NCBI GenBank assembly: GCA_964607485.1 | Contig: CAZSKP010000001.1 | Span: 64,001 to 128,000, forward strand | Reading direction: 5' to 3' | Origin: an uncultured bacterium | GTDB taxonomy: Bacteria > Abyssobacteria > SURF-5 | DNA: 64,000 bases | Part shown: positions 1-9,488 of the stretch, in pieces | How the letters are laid out: each line of letters begins with the position of its first letter | Position numbering within the stretch: the stretch's first letter is position 1 | The notes under the pieces: model-generated | What the model was told of the DNA's origin: nothing | What the model saw: only the letters and a program-made list of their open reading frames with translations | Database searches by the model: none | Made by a program: the position numbers and the translations under genes

Positions 1-1
1 C

Positions 2-619
2 GGTGTAATCAGGGACATGCTCGACCCGCAATTCGGGCTGGAATGTACGCCCGATACCATCAGGAAAGAGCTGGACTACATCGATGAAGCCGTGTTTCGC
101 GCCCGGGACATTACACAGAAACTGTTGAACTTTGTGCGGAAGACCGAACCGCGGCTGGTCCCGTGCAACATCAACCAGGTGCTGGAGGACATCATTGGCG
201 GCCTCAAAGAGCGTGAGTTGGAGGTTACCGGAATCAAAGTGGTTCGCGATCTCGACCCCGAGCTTCCCGACGTCATGCTCGACCCCGACCAGATGCGGCA
301 GGTGTTCCTGAACATCGTGAACAACGCGGGCGACGCCGTTGAGGGGCCCGGCACCATCACGCTCACTACACGGTGCAATGACAGCCACATCCGGGCCACC
401 GTCACCGATACGGGCAAGGGCATGACATCGGAACAGATGGAGAGGATATTCGACCCGTTCTTCACCACGAAAGAAGTCGGCAAAGGGACGGGCCTGGGCT
501 TGAGCATAAGCCTGAGCATCGTACAGTCGATGCACGGTGAGATAGAGGTTCAGAGCATGCCGGGGGCGGGAAGTTCGTTTACGGTAGTGCTCCCGCGATA
601 TCGAGCGGAGGAAAACTAA
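2..619 (+). CDS. Sensor histidine kinase, C-terminal HATPase part (5'-truncated by window edge)
   Basis: N box QVFLNIVNNAGDA, G1 DTGKGM, F box FDPFFTTK, G2 GTGLGL; frame is open to the window start. Confidence 0.95.
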   Translation, partial: GVIRDMLDPQFGLECTPDTIRKELDYIDEAVFRARDITQKLLNFVRKTEPRLVPCNINQVLEDIIGGLKERELEVTGIKVVRDLDPELPDVMLDPDQMRQVFLNIVNNAGDAVEGPGTITLTTRCNDSHIRATVTDTGKGMTSEQMERIFDPFFTTKEVGKGTGLGLSISLSIVQSMHGEIEVQSMPGAGSSFTVVLPRYRAEEN

Positions 620-620
620 C

Positions 621-2687
621 ATGTCGAACAGCGTTGCAACAAACCACATAGACGGCAGGGCAAGAGTGTTGCTCGTCGATGACGAGGATAAATTCAGGCA
701 GGCGATGAGACGGCAGCTCGAAGTCCGCGACTATAAGGTCTGGGACGTGAACAACGGCGAGGACGCCATCAAGATTGTCCGCCACAAGAATCCCGAGGTC
801 GTCATCCTCGACCAGCGCATGCCGAAGATGGACGGCATCCAGACCCTGCGCGAGATCAAGAAGATTCGGCCCGAGATGCAGGTGATCATGCTGACCGGCT
901 ATGGGAGCACCGAATCGGCGCGCGTGACGGGCAAGTACGACGTGTTTCATTACATGCAGAAACCGTGCGTGCTGGAAGAGCTGATCACGGTTATCGAGGC
1001 GGCCCGACAGGAACGGGTGTACGCCATGGCCCGGCACGAGATACCCGACGTCAAGCGGGGCACGCTCGGGCAGTGGCTTATCGGCGCGCACAACGCGAGG
1101 CCCGGCTTCATCATCCTGGGTTTCCTGCTGTTCGCCATCATACTCGCTGCGCCGCCGCCCAGGAAACTCGTGACGCTGCTCAGCACGGAGAAGGCCAGCG
1201 ACGCGGGCCAGAGCATTATGGGCTATGCCGAGTATCGCAAGATGAAACCCGGCCAGACGATATCCGACTATTACAGCGACAAGGAAGGCTGGACAAAGAA
1301 GGTCACGAAAGAAGACGGGACGTCCGCATCCGTTCCGCTGAGCCCGCGGCAGACTGCGTTTCGGGCGCGCGTCATGATCGGGACGCTGGTCGTCGCCGCG
1401 CTCTTTTGGGCCACGGGCGCGATGCCGGTGGGAGTGACCGCGCTCCTGGTCGGGATGTTGATGTATTTCCTCGGGGTCATGCCGCCCGACAAGGTGGCGG
1501 CCGCCTATGCGAAGGATTCGGTCGTGTTCATCTTCGGCGTGCTGGCGATTTCGGCCGCCATATCGAAAACCGGCCTCGACCGCCGCATCGGCCTGCTGCT
1601 ACTCGGCACGAGCACGTCGCTGGCCCGGCTGGCGTTCATCTTCTGCCCGCTCTTGGCGGTCTCCGCGTCGTTCCTGTCCGAGCACGCGCTGGTCGCGTTC
1701 ATCGCACCCATTTTCATTCTCGTATACAGCGGCGCCATTCGCGCGGCCAACATCACGAAGGACCGCAGCCTGGCCGTCATGATGATTCTCATGCTTTCAT
1801 TCGTGGCGAACGTGGGCGGACCGGGCTCTCCGGCCGCAGGCGGACGCAACGCGGTCATGCTCGGCATCCTCGCCGACTACGGTCTCGCGCCCACATTCGG
1901 ACGGTGGGTGATGTACGGACTGCCCTGCGTGCCGGTCATGGCGTTGGCCATCAGCTCGTACTTCTTCCTCGCGTTCCGGCGCAAAATCCAAATCAAGAAT
2001 CTTGACGTCGCCGCCGAGGTCAGGCGCGAGGCGCAGAAGATCGGCAAGATGACCCGCAACGAATATCGAACGGCCGCAGTTCTCGTGCTGCTGGTCGTGT
2101 TGTGGTCAACGGTCTCGAACCGTTTCGGCATGGGCGGACCAGTGCTCCTCTGCATCGTGCTGCTTAACATCCTCGGCATTCTTCGCTGGCGCGACATCAA
2201 CCATATTCACTGGGACGTCGTGGCGCTCTACGCGAGCGCGAGCGCGATGGGCGCCGGCCTTGCCGTCACGGGGGCCGCCCTCTGGATGGCCGACGCCTTC
2301 GTCAGCATCCTGCCCGGCTTCATGAAGAGCGGCGAGGGACTGTGCATCGCCACGAGCATATTCACCGGCGTCATCACCAATTTCATGAGCGATGGAGCCA
2401 CCGTCGCCGCCATCGGGCCGATTACCGTCCCCATGGCCGCCCTGTCTCAGACGCCGCCGCTGATGGTCGGCCTGGCCACGGCGTTCGCCTCGTCGTTCGC
2501 CTTCATGTTGATTATCGGGACTCCCAACAACGCGATCGCATACAGCATGGCCAGGGACCCGGAAACGGGCGAACAGCTCGTGACCGTCACGGACTTTCTC
2601 AAACACGGCGCGGTCGCGCTCGTGCTCTCGTTGGCCGTGCTGTGGATATGGGTGTTCTTCGGATACTGGCGATGGGTCGGCTTCTGA
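621..2687 (+). CDS. Receiver domain fused to an SLC13/DASS-family permease
   Basis: N-terminal REC (LLVDDE, ILDQRMP, LTGYG, QKP) followed by a long multi-TM region with DASS-like motifs (KTGLDRRI, IHWDVV, ASSFAFML..GTPNNAI). Confidence 0.9.
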   Translation: MSNSVATNHIDGRARVLLVDDEDKFRQAMRRQLEVRDYKVWDVNNGEDAIKIVRHKNPEVVILDQRMPKMDGIQTLREIKKIRPEMQVIMLTGYGSTESARVTGKYDVFHYMQKPCVLEELITVIEAARQERVYAMARHEIPDVKRGTLGQWLIGAHNARPGFIILGFLLFAIILAAPPPRKLVTLLSTEKASDAGQSIMGYAEYRKMKPGQTISDYYSDKEGWTKKVTKEDGTSASVPLSPRQTAFRARVMIGTLVVAALFWATGAMPVGVTALLVGMLMYFLGVMPPDKVAAAYAKDSVVFIFGVLAISAAISKTGLDRRIGLLLLGTSTSLARLAFIFCPLLAVSASFLSEHALVAFIAPIFILVYSGAIRAANITKDRSLAVMMILMLSFVANVGGPGSPAAGGRNAVMLGILADYGLAPTFGRWVMYGLPCVPVMALAISSYFFLAFRRKIQIKNLDVAAEVRREAQKIGKMTRNEYRTAAVLVLLVVLWSTVSNRFGMGGPVLLCIVLLNILGILRWRDINHIHWDVVALYASASAMGAGLAVTGAALWMADAFVSILPGFMKSGEGLCIATSIFTGVITNFMSDGATVAAIGPITVPMAALSQTPPLMVGLATAFASSFAFMLIIGTPNNAIAYSMARDPETGEQLVTVTDFLKHGAVALVLSLAVLWIWVFFGYWRWVGF

Positions 2688-2709
2688 GGAAGCTGGAGGA
2701 AATCGAACA

Positions 2710-3201
2710 ATGGCTAAAGAGAAGATCAACCTGTTGATTGTGGACGACGAGGAGCGGTTCCTCGAATCCACGAAGAAGAGGCTCGAAGTCAGGGATTTCA
2801 ACGTCATTGCCGTGAACAGGGGTGACAAGGCCATCGAGGCCGCGCGCAACCACCCCGTCGACGTTGCTCTGGTGGACCTCAAGATGCCCGGCATGAACGG
2901 AGAACAGACCCTGGAGGCGCTGAAGAAGGAGCACAAGTGGCTGGAGGTCGTCATCCTCACCGGCCACGGCTCCACCGAATCCGCCGTGGAATGCACGAAG
3001 AAGGGAGCGTACTTCTACCTGCAGAAACCCTGCGAACTCGAGCGGCTCCTCTCCGTGCTGACCGACGCCTACAAACGACGAGTCATGAACAAGATGACGA
3101 TCAAGCAGGATCGCATGGAGGAGATTCTCGGCATGGCCGACTCGGGGTCGCCGCTGGGAATCCTGCGCAGGATACGGGAACTGGACGAAGAAGGGGAATG
3201 A
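2710..3201 (+). CDS. Single-domain response regulator with ~40-aa C-terminal tail
   Basis: VDDE, LVDLKMP, LTGHG, QKP; SD GGAGGA upstream. Confidence 0.93.
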   Translation: MAKEKINLLIVDDEERFLESTKKRLEVRDFNVIAVNRGDKAIEAARNHPVDVALVDLKMPGMNGEQTLEALKKEHKWLEVVILTGHGSTESAVECTKKGAYFYLQKPCELERLLSVLTDAYKRRVMNKMTIKQDRMEEILGMADSGSPLGILRRIRELDEEGE

Positions 3202-3205
3202 CGCC

Positions 3206-4936
3206 GTGGAGGCGAGCAACTTCAAAATCACTCGGCGCATCATCCTGCGGCGAGTCCTTCTGGTGCCGTTCGTAACGATGACGCTCGTGTTCTGCACGCT
3301 GGTTTACTATTTCGCGACCGACCTCCGTTCCGCCGTCGAGGCGGAGCTGGTGCGCATCGCCGGCGCTCACCGCGACGTAATCGAACAATTTCTCCGCGAA
3401 CGGTGCCTCGACCTTCAATACGTTGGCGCCTCCTGTTCCTACGAAGAGATCGCCCGCGAGGACCGGCTTGAAGAGATTTTCGAAAACCTGCAGATGCGGT
3501 CGCCGGCGTTTTTCGACATCGGCGTCTTCGACGCGGACGGAAACCACGTCGCCTACGTCGGACCGTACGACCTTCGGGGCAAAAACTACGCGCAGGCCGA
3601 ATGGTTTCGGCAGTCCCAGACAAAGAGCCCCTACGTCTCCGACCTGTTCTACGGATACCGCAGCGTGCCCCATTTCGTCATCGCCGTACGCCGTGAGGAA
3701 GGCGGCCGCACGTGGTTCCTCCGGACGACCATCGACTGGTTCTTTTTCAATGATCTTGTCGGAAACATCCGTGTCGGAAAAACGGGCGAAGCATACCTGA
3801 TAAACCAGGAGGGTCAGTTCCAAACGCGCCGTCGCACGGGTGGCGACCTGATGGAGCCCGACCCTGACTATGCCGTTTATGAAATCGATGAGAACGATGT
3901 CTCCTACTTTACGGCGTCTGATTCGACGGGCGAGCGGCATCTGTATGCCACCGGCCGAATTCCTTCGACGGACTGGCTCCTGGTGGTTCGGCAGGAAGTC
4001 GGCGACGCCTACGCCTCGCTCATCCGCGCCGTCCTCATTGCCGTCGCCATGATCGTCGCCGGCGGAGCCGTGGCAGTCTTTATGGCTTTCATGCTCGCCT
4101 CCGGCGTCGCCAATCAGCTCACCGTGGCCGACCTGGAGAGACGCCGGATGGGCACACAGTTAATCATGGCGGGCAAGCTCGCCGAGATTGGCGAGATGAG
4201 CGCCGGAGTCGCACACGAGATGAACAACCCGCTCCAGGTAATAAAGGGGGAAGAGACGTACATCAAGGATATCTTGGACGATATGGAGACAAACGGGAGC
4301 GGAAACAATTCCGAGAATTTCCGGTTGCTTCGGGAATCTATTGACCAGATAGCGCTTCAGGTCGATAGGGGAAAGCAGATCACCGAAGGGCTGCTGGGGT
4401 TCGCGCGCAAGGCAGACACGAGGATCGAGCCAATCGAGCTGCGGTCATTGATACCCGACGTCGTCGGAATGATCGAGCGACGCGCTCAGGTGGAAAACAT
4501 CCGCATCGTTCAGGAATTCGAAGCAGACCTGCCCACGGTGCCCAGCGACCCCGTTCAGCTTCAGCAGGTATTCCTCAACCTGCTCAACAACGCGATTGAC
4601 GCGCTCAAGGAAAAGGGCGGAGGAGAGATTCGGATCACGGCGACGCAGGAGGCCGATGACCTGATGGTATCGGTTACGGACAACGGCTGCGGCATCCCGC
4701 CCGAGCACATGGAGAAGATATTCCTCCCCTTCTTCACCACGAAACCGGTGGGACAGGGCACGGGGCTGGGCTTGAGCACGTGTTACGGCATCGTGGAGCA
4801 CCTGGGTGGGCAGATCACGGTCGCGAGCGAGGTGAACGTGGGAACCGTCTTCACGATACGGCTTCCCCTGTCCGGCCCTCCCGAACAACGAGAACGCGAG
4901 CCGATGGGCCAGATGCAAGGAGGTTCGGCGAAGTGA
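3206..4936 (+). CDS. Membrane sensor histidine kinase with extracytoplasmic Cache-like domain
   Basis: TM-periplasmic-TM layout; H box AHEMNNPL; N/G1/F/G2 boxes. Confidence 0.93.
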   Translation: MEASNFKITRRIILRRVLLVPFVTMTLVFCTLVYYFATDLRSAVEAELVRIAGAHRDVIEQFLRERCLDLQYVGASCSYEEIAREDRLEEIFENLQMRSPAFFDIGVFDADGNHVAYVGPYDLRGKNYAQAEWFRQSQTKSPYVSDLFYGYRSVPHFVIAVRREEGGRTWFLRTTIDWFFFNDLVGNIRVGKTGEAYLINQEGQFQTRRRTGGDLMEPDPDYAVYEIDENDVSYFTASDSTGERHLYATGRIPSTDWLLVVRQEVGDAYASLIRAVLIAVAMIVAGGAVAVFMAFMLASGVANQLTVADLERRRMGTQLIMAGKLAEIGEMSAGVAHEMNNPLQVIKGEETYIKDILDDMETNGSGNNSENFRLLRESIDQIALQVDRGKQITEGLLGFARKADTRIEPIELRSLIPDVVGMIERRAQVENIRIVQEFEADLPTVPSDPVQLQQVFLNLLNNAIDALKEKGGGEIRITATQEADDLMVSVTDNGCGIPPEHMEKIFLPFFTTKPVGQGTGLGLSTCYGIVEHLGGQITVASEVNVGTVFTIRLPLSGPPEQREREPMGQMQGGSAK

Positions 4937-5385
4937 ATGCCATCAATCTGCTCATTGTGGACGACGAAGAACGGCTTCTGGCAACTCATAAGAAGCTCCT
5001 GGACAAGCGCGGGCTAAACACGGCCACGTGTACCAACGGGCTCGATGCGCTGAAGATTCTGAAAGAGCAGCCCATCGACGTCGTGCTCCTCGACGTGAAA
5101 ATGCCCGGAATGGACGGCATGGAGGTCCTGCGCCGAATCAAGCAGGATGCGTCCGGAGTCGAGGTGATTCTGATCACGGGAAATCTGTCCGTCGAATCGG
5201 AGGTCGCGGGGTTGCAGGAGGGAGCGTTCGGCTATTTGAAGAAGCCGGTCACCATTACGGAAATTCAGAAAAAGGTGGAAGAGGCCTTCGTTCACAGGCA
5301 GGCGCGGTCGGGAAACGTCCGTGAAACCGCGCTCCAAGCGACCGACTCAGACCGAGGGCTTCCGCGCACAGAAGAAGGAAACTAG
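4933..5385 (+). CDS. Single-domain response regulator
   Basis: GTG start overlaps upstream TGA (GTGA); VDDE, LLDVKMP, KKP. Confidence 0.92.
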   Translation: MNAINLLIVDDEERLLATHKKLLDKRGLNTATCTNGLDALKILKEQPIDVVLLDVKMPGMDGMEVLRRIKQDASGVEVILITGNLSVESEVAGLQEGAFGYLKKPVTITEIQKKVEEAFVHRQARSGNVRETALQATDSDRGLPRTEEGN

Positions 5386-5406
5386 GAACGGGGGAGTAAG
5401 GGACAC

Positions 5407-7140
5407 ATGGAAACCGCCGATTTCAAAGGCACCCGGATGATGATTCTCAGCAGGGTTCTGCTGGTTCCATTCGTGGCGGTCATGCTCGTGTTCGGCACGC
5501 TCGTCTATTACTTCGCCACCAATCTTCGGAGCCAGGTGGAGGAAAGACTTGCGTACGTCGCCGACGGACACCGCCAGATTATCGAACAGTTTCTGCATGA
5601 ACGATGTTCCGACCTTGAATACGCCGCGAGTTCGCACAGCTTCGAGGAACTCAGCGGTGCCCGACGCCTGGCCGAAGTCTTTGAAGCATTGCAGACGCGG
5701 ACGCAGGCGTTCTTTGACCTGGGACTCTTTGACGCTCAGGGCAACCATGTCGCCTACGTCGGGCCGTATGACCTGAAAGGCAAGAACTATGCACAGGCGG
5801 AGTGGTTTCTCCAGGTTCGGGAAAAGGGACAATACATCTCCGACGTGTTTCTCGGCTATCGCAATATTCCCCACTTCGTCATCGCGGTTCGTCGTGAAGA
5901 ATCCAGCCGCGTCTGGTACCTCCGCGCGACGATAGACACGCTTTTCTTCAACGATCTGGTTGAAAACATCCGCATTGGAAAGACGGGAGAGGCCTACCTT
6001 GTGAACCGTGGGGGAGTGTTCCAGACGCCGAGGCGTTCCGGAGGAGCGTTGATGGGGATCGACCCGGATTACGGCGTTTACCAGGTCCACGAAGGCGCCG
6101 TCGCCTCCTTTGCGGCCGATGACGACGCCGGCTCTCGACATCTCTACGCCACGTGCCGTCTCGCATCCACCGGATGGCTTCTGGTGGTGCGTCAGGAAAT
6201 CGGCGAGGCCTACGCGCCTCTCGTTCGCGCCGTGTTTCTCGCAATCGCAATAATCCTAGCGGGAGGCGTGGTGGTGGTCACGATGGGCTTCCTGCTCGCC
6301 ACCGGCGTCACGAATCAACTGAGCGCCGCCGACATGGAGAGACGCCGAATGGGAAGCCAGTTGATCATTGCGGGCAAGCTCGCCGAGGTCGGCGAGATGA
6401 GCGCCGGACTGGCGCACGAGATCAACAATCCCCTCCAGGTGATGAAATCGGAGGAGGCGCTCGCCGTAGAGATTCTGGACGAAATGAAGGCGAACGGCAA
6501 TCCCGGCCAGGCCGAAAATATCCAGATGGTCCGGGATTGCATAACCCGAATGGGCGGTCAGATTGACCGATGCAAGAGGATAACCCTGGGGCTCCTGAAG
6601 TTTGCCCGCGAATCCGAAGCGGCCATCCAGCAGATAGACCTGAAGCCATTCATGCGAGAGGTCGTCGCGATGGTGGAGCGCAGGGCCGCCGTCGAGAATA
6701 TACACCTTCTGCAGGAATTCGCCCCGGACCTGCCTCGATTTCAGAGCGACCCGGCTCAACTGCAACAGGTGTTCCTCAATCTGCTCAACAACGCCATTGA
6801 CGCGCTTGCCGACAAGAATGAAGGCGAGATACGGGTCACAGCGTCCCGTGGCGATGATGAGGTGGTCATATCGGTGGCGGACAATGGCTGCGGCATCGCC
6901 CCCGAACATATGGAAAAGATATTTCTGCCGTTCTTCACTACGAAACCGGTCGGGCGGGGAACGGGGCTGGGGCTGAGCACGTGTTACGGCATCGTGACGC
7001 GCCTCGGCGGAAGGATTACCGTGAGCAGCGAACCGAATGCGGGGTCGGTTTTCACCCTGCACTTTCCGCTCAGCGATCCTTCCGAGCAGTCCAAAGCGTG
7101 GCTGCCCGCCCGCGAACGAGGACAAGGAGGAGCAACATGA
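5407..7140 (+). CDS. Membrane sensor histidine kinase (paralog of 3206-4936)
   Basis: H box AHEINNPL; shared segments with the upstream kinase such as NHVAYVGPYDLxGKNYAQAEWF. Confidence 0.93.
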   Translation: METADFKGTRMMILSRVLLVPFVAVMLVFGTLVYYFATNLRSQVEERLAYVADGHRQIIEQFLHERCSDLEYAASSHSFEELSGARRLAEVFEALQTRTQAFFDLGLFDAQGNHVAYVGPYDLKGKNYAQAEWFLQVREKGQYISDVFLGYRNIPHFVIAVRREESSRVWYLRATIDTLFFNDLVENIRIGKTGEAYLVNRGGVFQTPRRSGGALMGIDPDYGVYQVHEGAVASFAADDDAGSRHLYATCRLASTGWLLVVRQEIGEAYAPLVRAVFLAIAIILAGGVVVVTMGFLLATGVTNQLSAADMERRRMGSQLIIAGKLAEVGEMSAGLAHEINNPLQVMKSEEALAVEILDEMKANGNPGQAENIQMVRDCITRMGGQIDRCKRITLGLLKFARESEAAIQQIDLKPFMREVVAMVERRAAVENIHLLQEFAPDLPRFQSDPAQLQQVFLNLLNNAIDALADKNEGEIRVTASRGDDEVVISVADNGCGIAPEHMEKIFLPFFTTKPVGRGTGLGLSTCYGIVTRLGGRITVSSEPNAGSVFTLHFPLSDPSEQSKAWLPARERGQGGAT

Positions 7141-7589
7141 GCGCATTGCATTTGCTGCTGGTGGATGATGAGGAGCAGTTCCTGTCCACAACCAAGAAGC
7201 TCCTGGAGAAACGCGGCGTCGACACGATCACCTGCACGAACGGGTTCGACGCGTTGGAGATTCTCCGGAAGCGTCGCATCGACGTGGTGGTTCTCGACAT
7301 CAAGATGCCGGGGATCGACGGGATCGACGTGTTGACCAGGATCAAGCGCGATCATCCCGTCGTCGAAGTCATCCTGCTCACCGGCCATGCGTCCGTGGAA
7401 TCGGCGGTGGAGGGGCTGAAACTGGGCGCCTTCGACTACTTGACGAAACCGTCCAAGGTTTCGGAGATCATGGCCAAGGTGGAGGAGGCCTTCGAGAGGA
7501 AAAAGGCCAAGGAGGAGAAGGCCCGGAAGACCAAATTCGACAACATCATCCGTCATCCCATGGCCGTGTATGAAAAAGACGAGGAGTGA
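7137..7589 (+). CDS. Single-domain response regulator with charged C-terminal helix
   Basis: ATGA overlap with kinase stop; SD AGGAGGAG; VDDE, VLDIKMP, LTGH, TKP. Confidence 0.93.
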   Translation: MSALHLLLVDDEEQFLSTTKKLLEKRGVDTITCTNGFDALEILRKRRIDVVVLDIKMPGIDGIDVLTRIKRDHPVVEVILLTGHASVESAVEGLKLGAFDYLTKPSKVSEIMAKVEEAFERKKAKEEKARKTKFDNIIRHPMAVYEKDEE

Positions 7590-7623
7590 CCCTGGTCCGT
7601 GTGGCGCCATCGGAGTGTAACCA

Positions 7624-9471
7624 ATGACCACAGAGAAGCGAAAAGCGACAGGTTACGATAAGTACATCGATTGGAAAATCTTCGTCATTCCCGTGCTGCT
7701 GCTGTTTGCGATCATGTACGCGCCGGCCACCGACGGCATGCGTGATGTGGGAACCGAGTACGGCGTCGGTCCGCAAAAGGTCATCGACTATCTTTCCGAG
7801 CAGATGTTCAAGAGACCGACCGCCGACCTCGACCAGTGGCAGTTGTTGACATGTCGGATCATCGAACAGTCGATGCGCGGCGGCGCGATGGGCCGCGCCA
7901 GGTTCCTGAAACGCGACGAGAAGTGGTGCAGGAGCAACGGCATTCCCGTGGACTCGACGAACCTCGCGCGCGCCAAGGAGTTTGTCGGCGGCATGGATGA
8001 CGACTCGTACCGGGAGCTTCTGATGTCGGCGGCGAAGCTGCGCACCGAGGAGCTGCATTATGAAGGACTCTCCGGGGCCGACCGCAAGCTCGCCGACAAA
8101 GCCACGTGGAAGCTGAAGGTAGCGCTGGCCGTGACGGTGTTCACGGTATTCTGCTTCGTGAGCGGATGCATACCGCTGCCCGCCGTGGCGTTCTGCATCG
8201 GGTTGGCGTTTACGTTCACCGGCGTCGTCTCACGCACCGAGGTGGCGGCGTTCTACTGGAGCGACGCGGTCTGGTTCATCATGGGCAGCCTGATGTTCGC
8301 CTCCGCGTTCGTCAAGACGGGGGTGGACCGCCGCATATGCCTCATGCTGTTCAGCAAGCTGGCCCGGCCGAGCGTCGCGGCCATCACGCTCGTAATGATT
8401 ACCGTCATAGCTCCCGCCGCCTCGTTCATCTCCGACCACGCGCTTGCGGCCATCTTTCTCCCAATCGCCATCATCCTGCATCGCGGCAGTCAGGTGGAGG
8501 GCAACCCTACCGACTTGGAGCTCGGGAAAATGCTCGTGATCACCGTGGCGATGGCATGCAACATCGGCGGCTTCGGCGCGCCGAGCGGCGGGGCTCGCAA
8601 TGTGATCATGATGACCTACCTCGAGGACATGTTCGGGATGGACATCGGGTATTTCACGTGGATGACGTATGCCATGCCGTTCGTGCTCGTCATGATGCCG
8701 CTCACGTGGCTCGCCATCCAATGGCGGTTCAAGCCTGCCACGCGCGACCTCTCCACCGCGATGAGATTCCTCAAAGACGACATCACTCGAATGGGAAGGT
8801 GGAGCCGGCAGCAGGTCGTCACGCTGATTATCTTCGCGGTAATGGTGTGGTTCTGGTTCACCGAGAAATCATTCTTCGATATCGGCATCTATCCCGTCCG
8901 CCTCGGCATCGGCGTGGTTGCCGTGGCCGGGGGAGTCGCATACATCCTGGCTGGTGTGGTCAACTGGCGCGACTATCAAGAAAAGGTTGACTGGGGCGTC
9001 GTATGGCTTTATGCGGGGGCTATCATTTTCGGCAAGGTCCTCGACGAAACGGGCGCCGCCTACTTCATCGCCCGAACGGCCGTGAACGGGCTCGCTCACT
9101 TCGGCATCGCCGCCGGCATTCCGCTCATCGCGATGGCGAGCGTGCTAACCGGATGCATCACGCAGATCATGGCCGACGGACCGGCAGCGGCCGCCGTCGG
9201 GCCAATTACGCTGAATATGGCGGGCATCGTTCATCCGGGCACGGTCATGCTTCCGTTCATGACCATGGCCACCGCCGCGGCTTCGAGCTTCGCCTACTGC
9301 CTGGTCATCGGCACTCCGCCCAATGCGATCGTGTACGCAAGCGGATACCTCGAGCCGAAGGATTACCTCCGGGTCGGTATCCCGGTGTGGTTTCTGTCGA
9401 ACATCGTGCTCTTCCTGTTGGTTGGAGTGTATTGGATGGCCCGGGGATTCGGCGGACTGCCGGGTTTTTAG
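7624..9471 (+). CDS. SLC13/DASS-family permease with a large soluble loop after the first TM
   Basis: KTGVDRRI, VDWGVV, ASSFAYCL..GTPPNAIVYASG, multiple TMs. Confidence 0.9.
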   Translation: MTTEKRKATGYDKYIDWKIFVIPVLLLFAIMYAPATDGMRDVGTEYGVGPQKVIDYLSEQMFKRPTADLDQWQLLTCRIIEQSMRGGAMGRARFLKRDEKWCRSNGIPVDSTNLARAKEFVGGMDDDSYRELLMSAAKLRTEELHYEGLSGADRKLADKATWKLKVALAVTVFTVFCFVSGCIPLPAVAFCIGLAFTFTGVVSRTEVAAFYWSDAVWFIMGSLMFASAFVKTGVDRRICLMLFSKLARPSVAAITLVMITVIAPAASFISDHALAAIFLPIAIILHRGSQVEGNPTDLELGKMLVITVAMACNIGGFGAPSGGARNVIMMTYLEDMFGMDIGYFTWMTYAMPFVLVMMPLTWLAIQWRFKPATRDLSTAMRFLKDDITRMGRWSRQQVVTLIIFAVMVWFWFTEKSFFDIGIYPVRLGIGVVAVAGGVAYILAGVVNWRDYQEKVDWGVVWLYAGAIIFGKVLDETGAAYFIARTAVNGLAHFGIAAGIPLIAMASVLTGCITQIMADGPAAAAVGPITLNMAGIVHPGTVMLPFMTMATAAASSFAYCLVIGTPPNAIVYASGYLEPKDYLRVGIPVWFLSNIVLFLLVGVYWMARGFGGLPGF

Positions 9472-9488
9472 AAAGGGAGGAACCGTTT

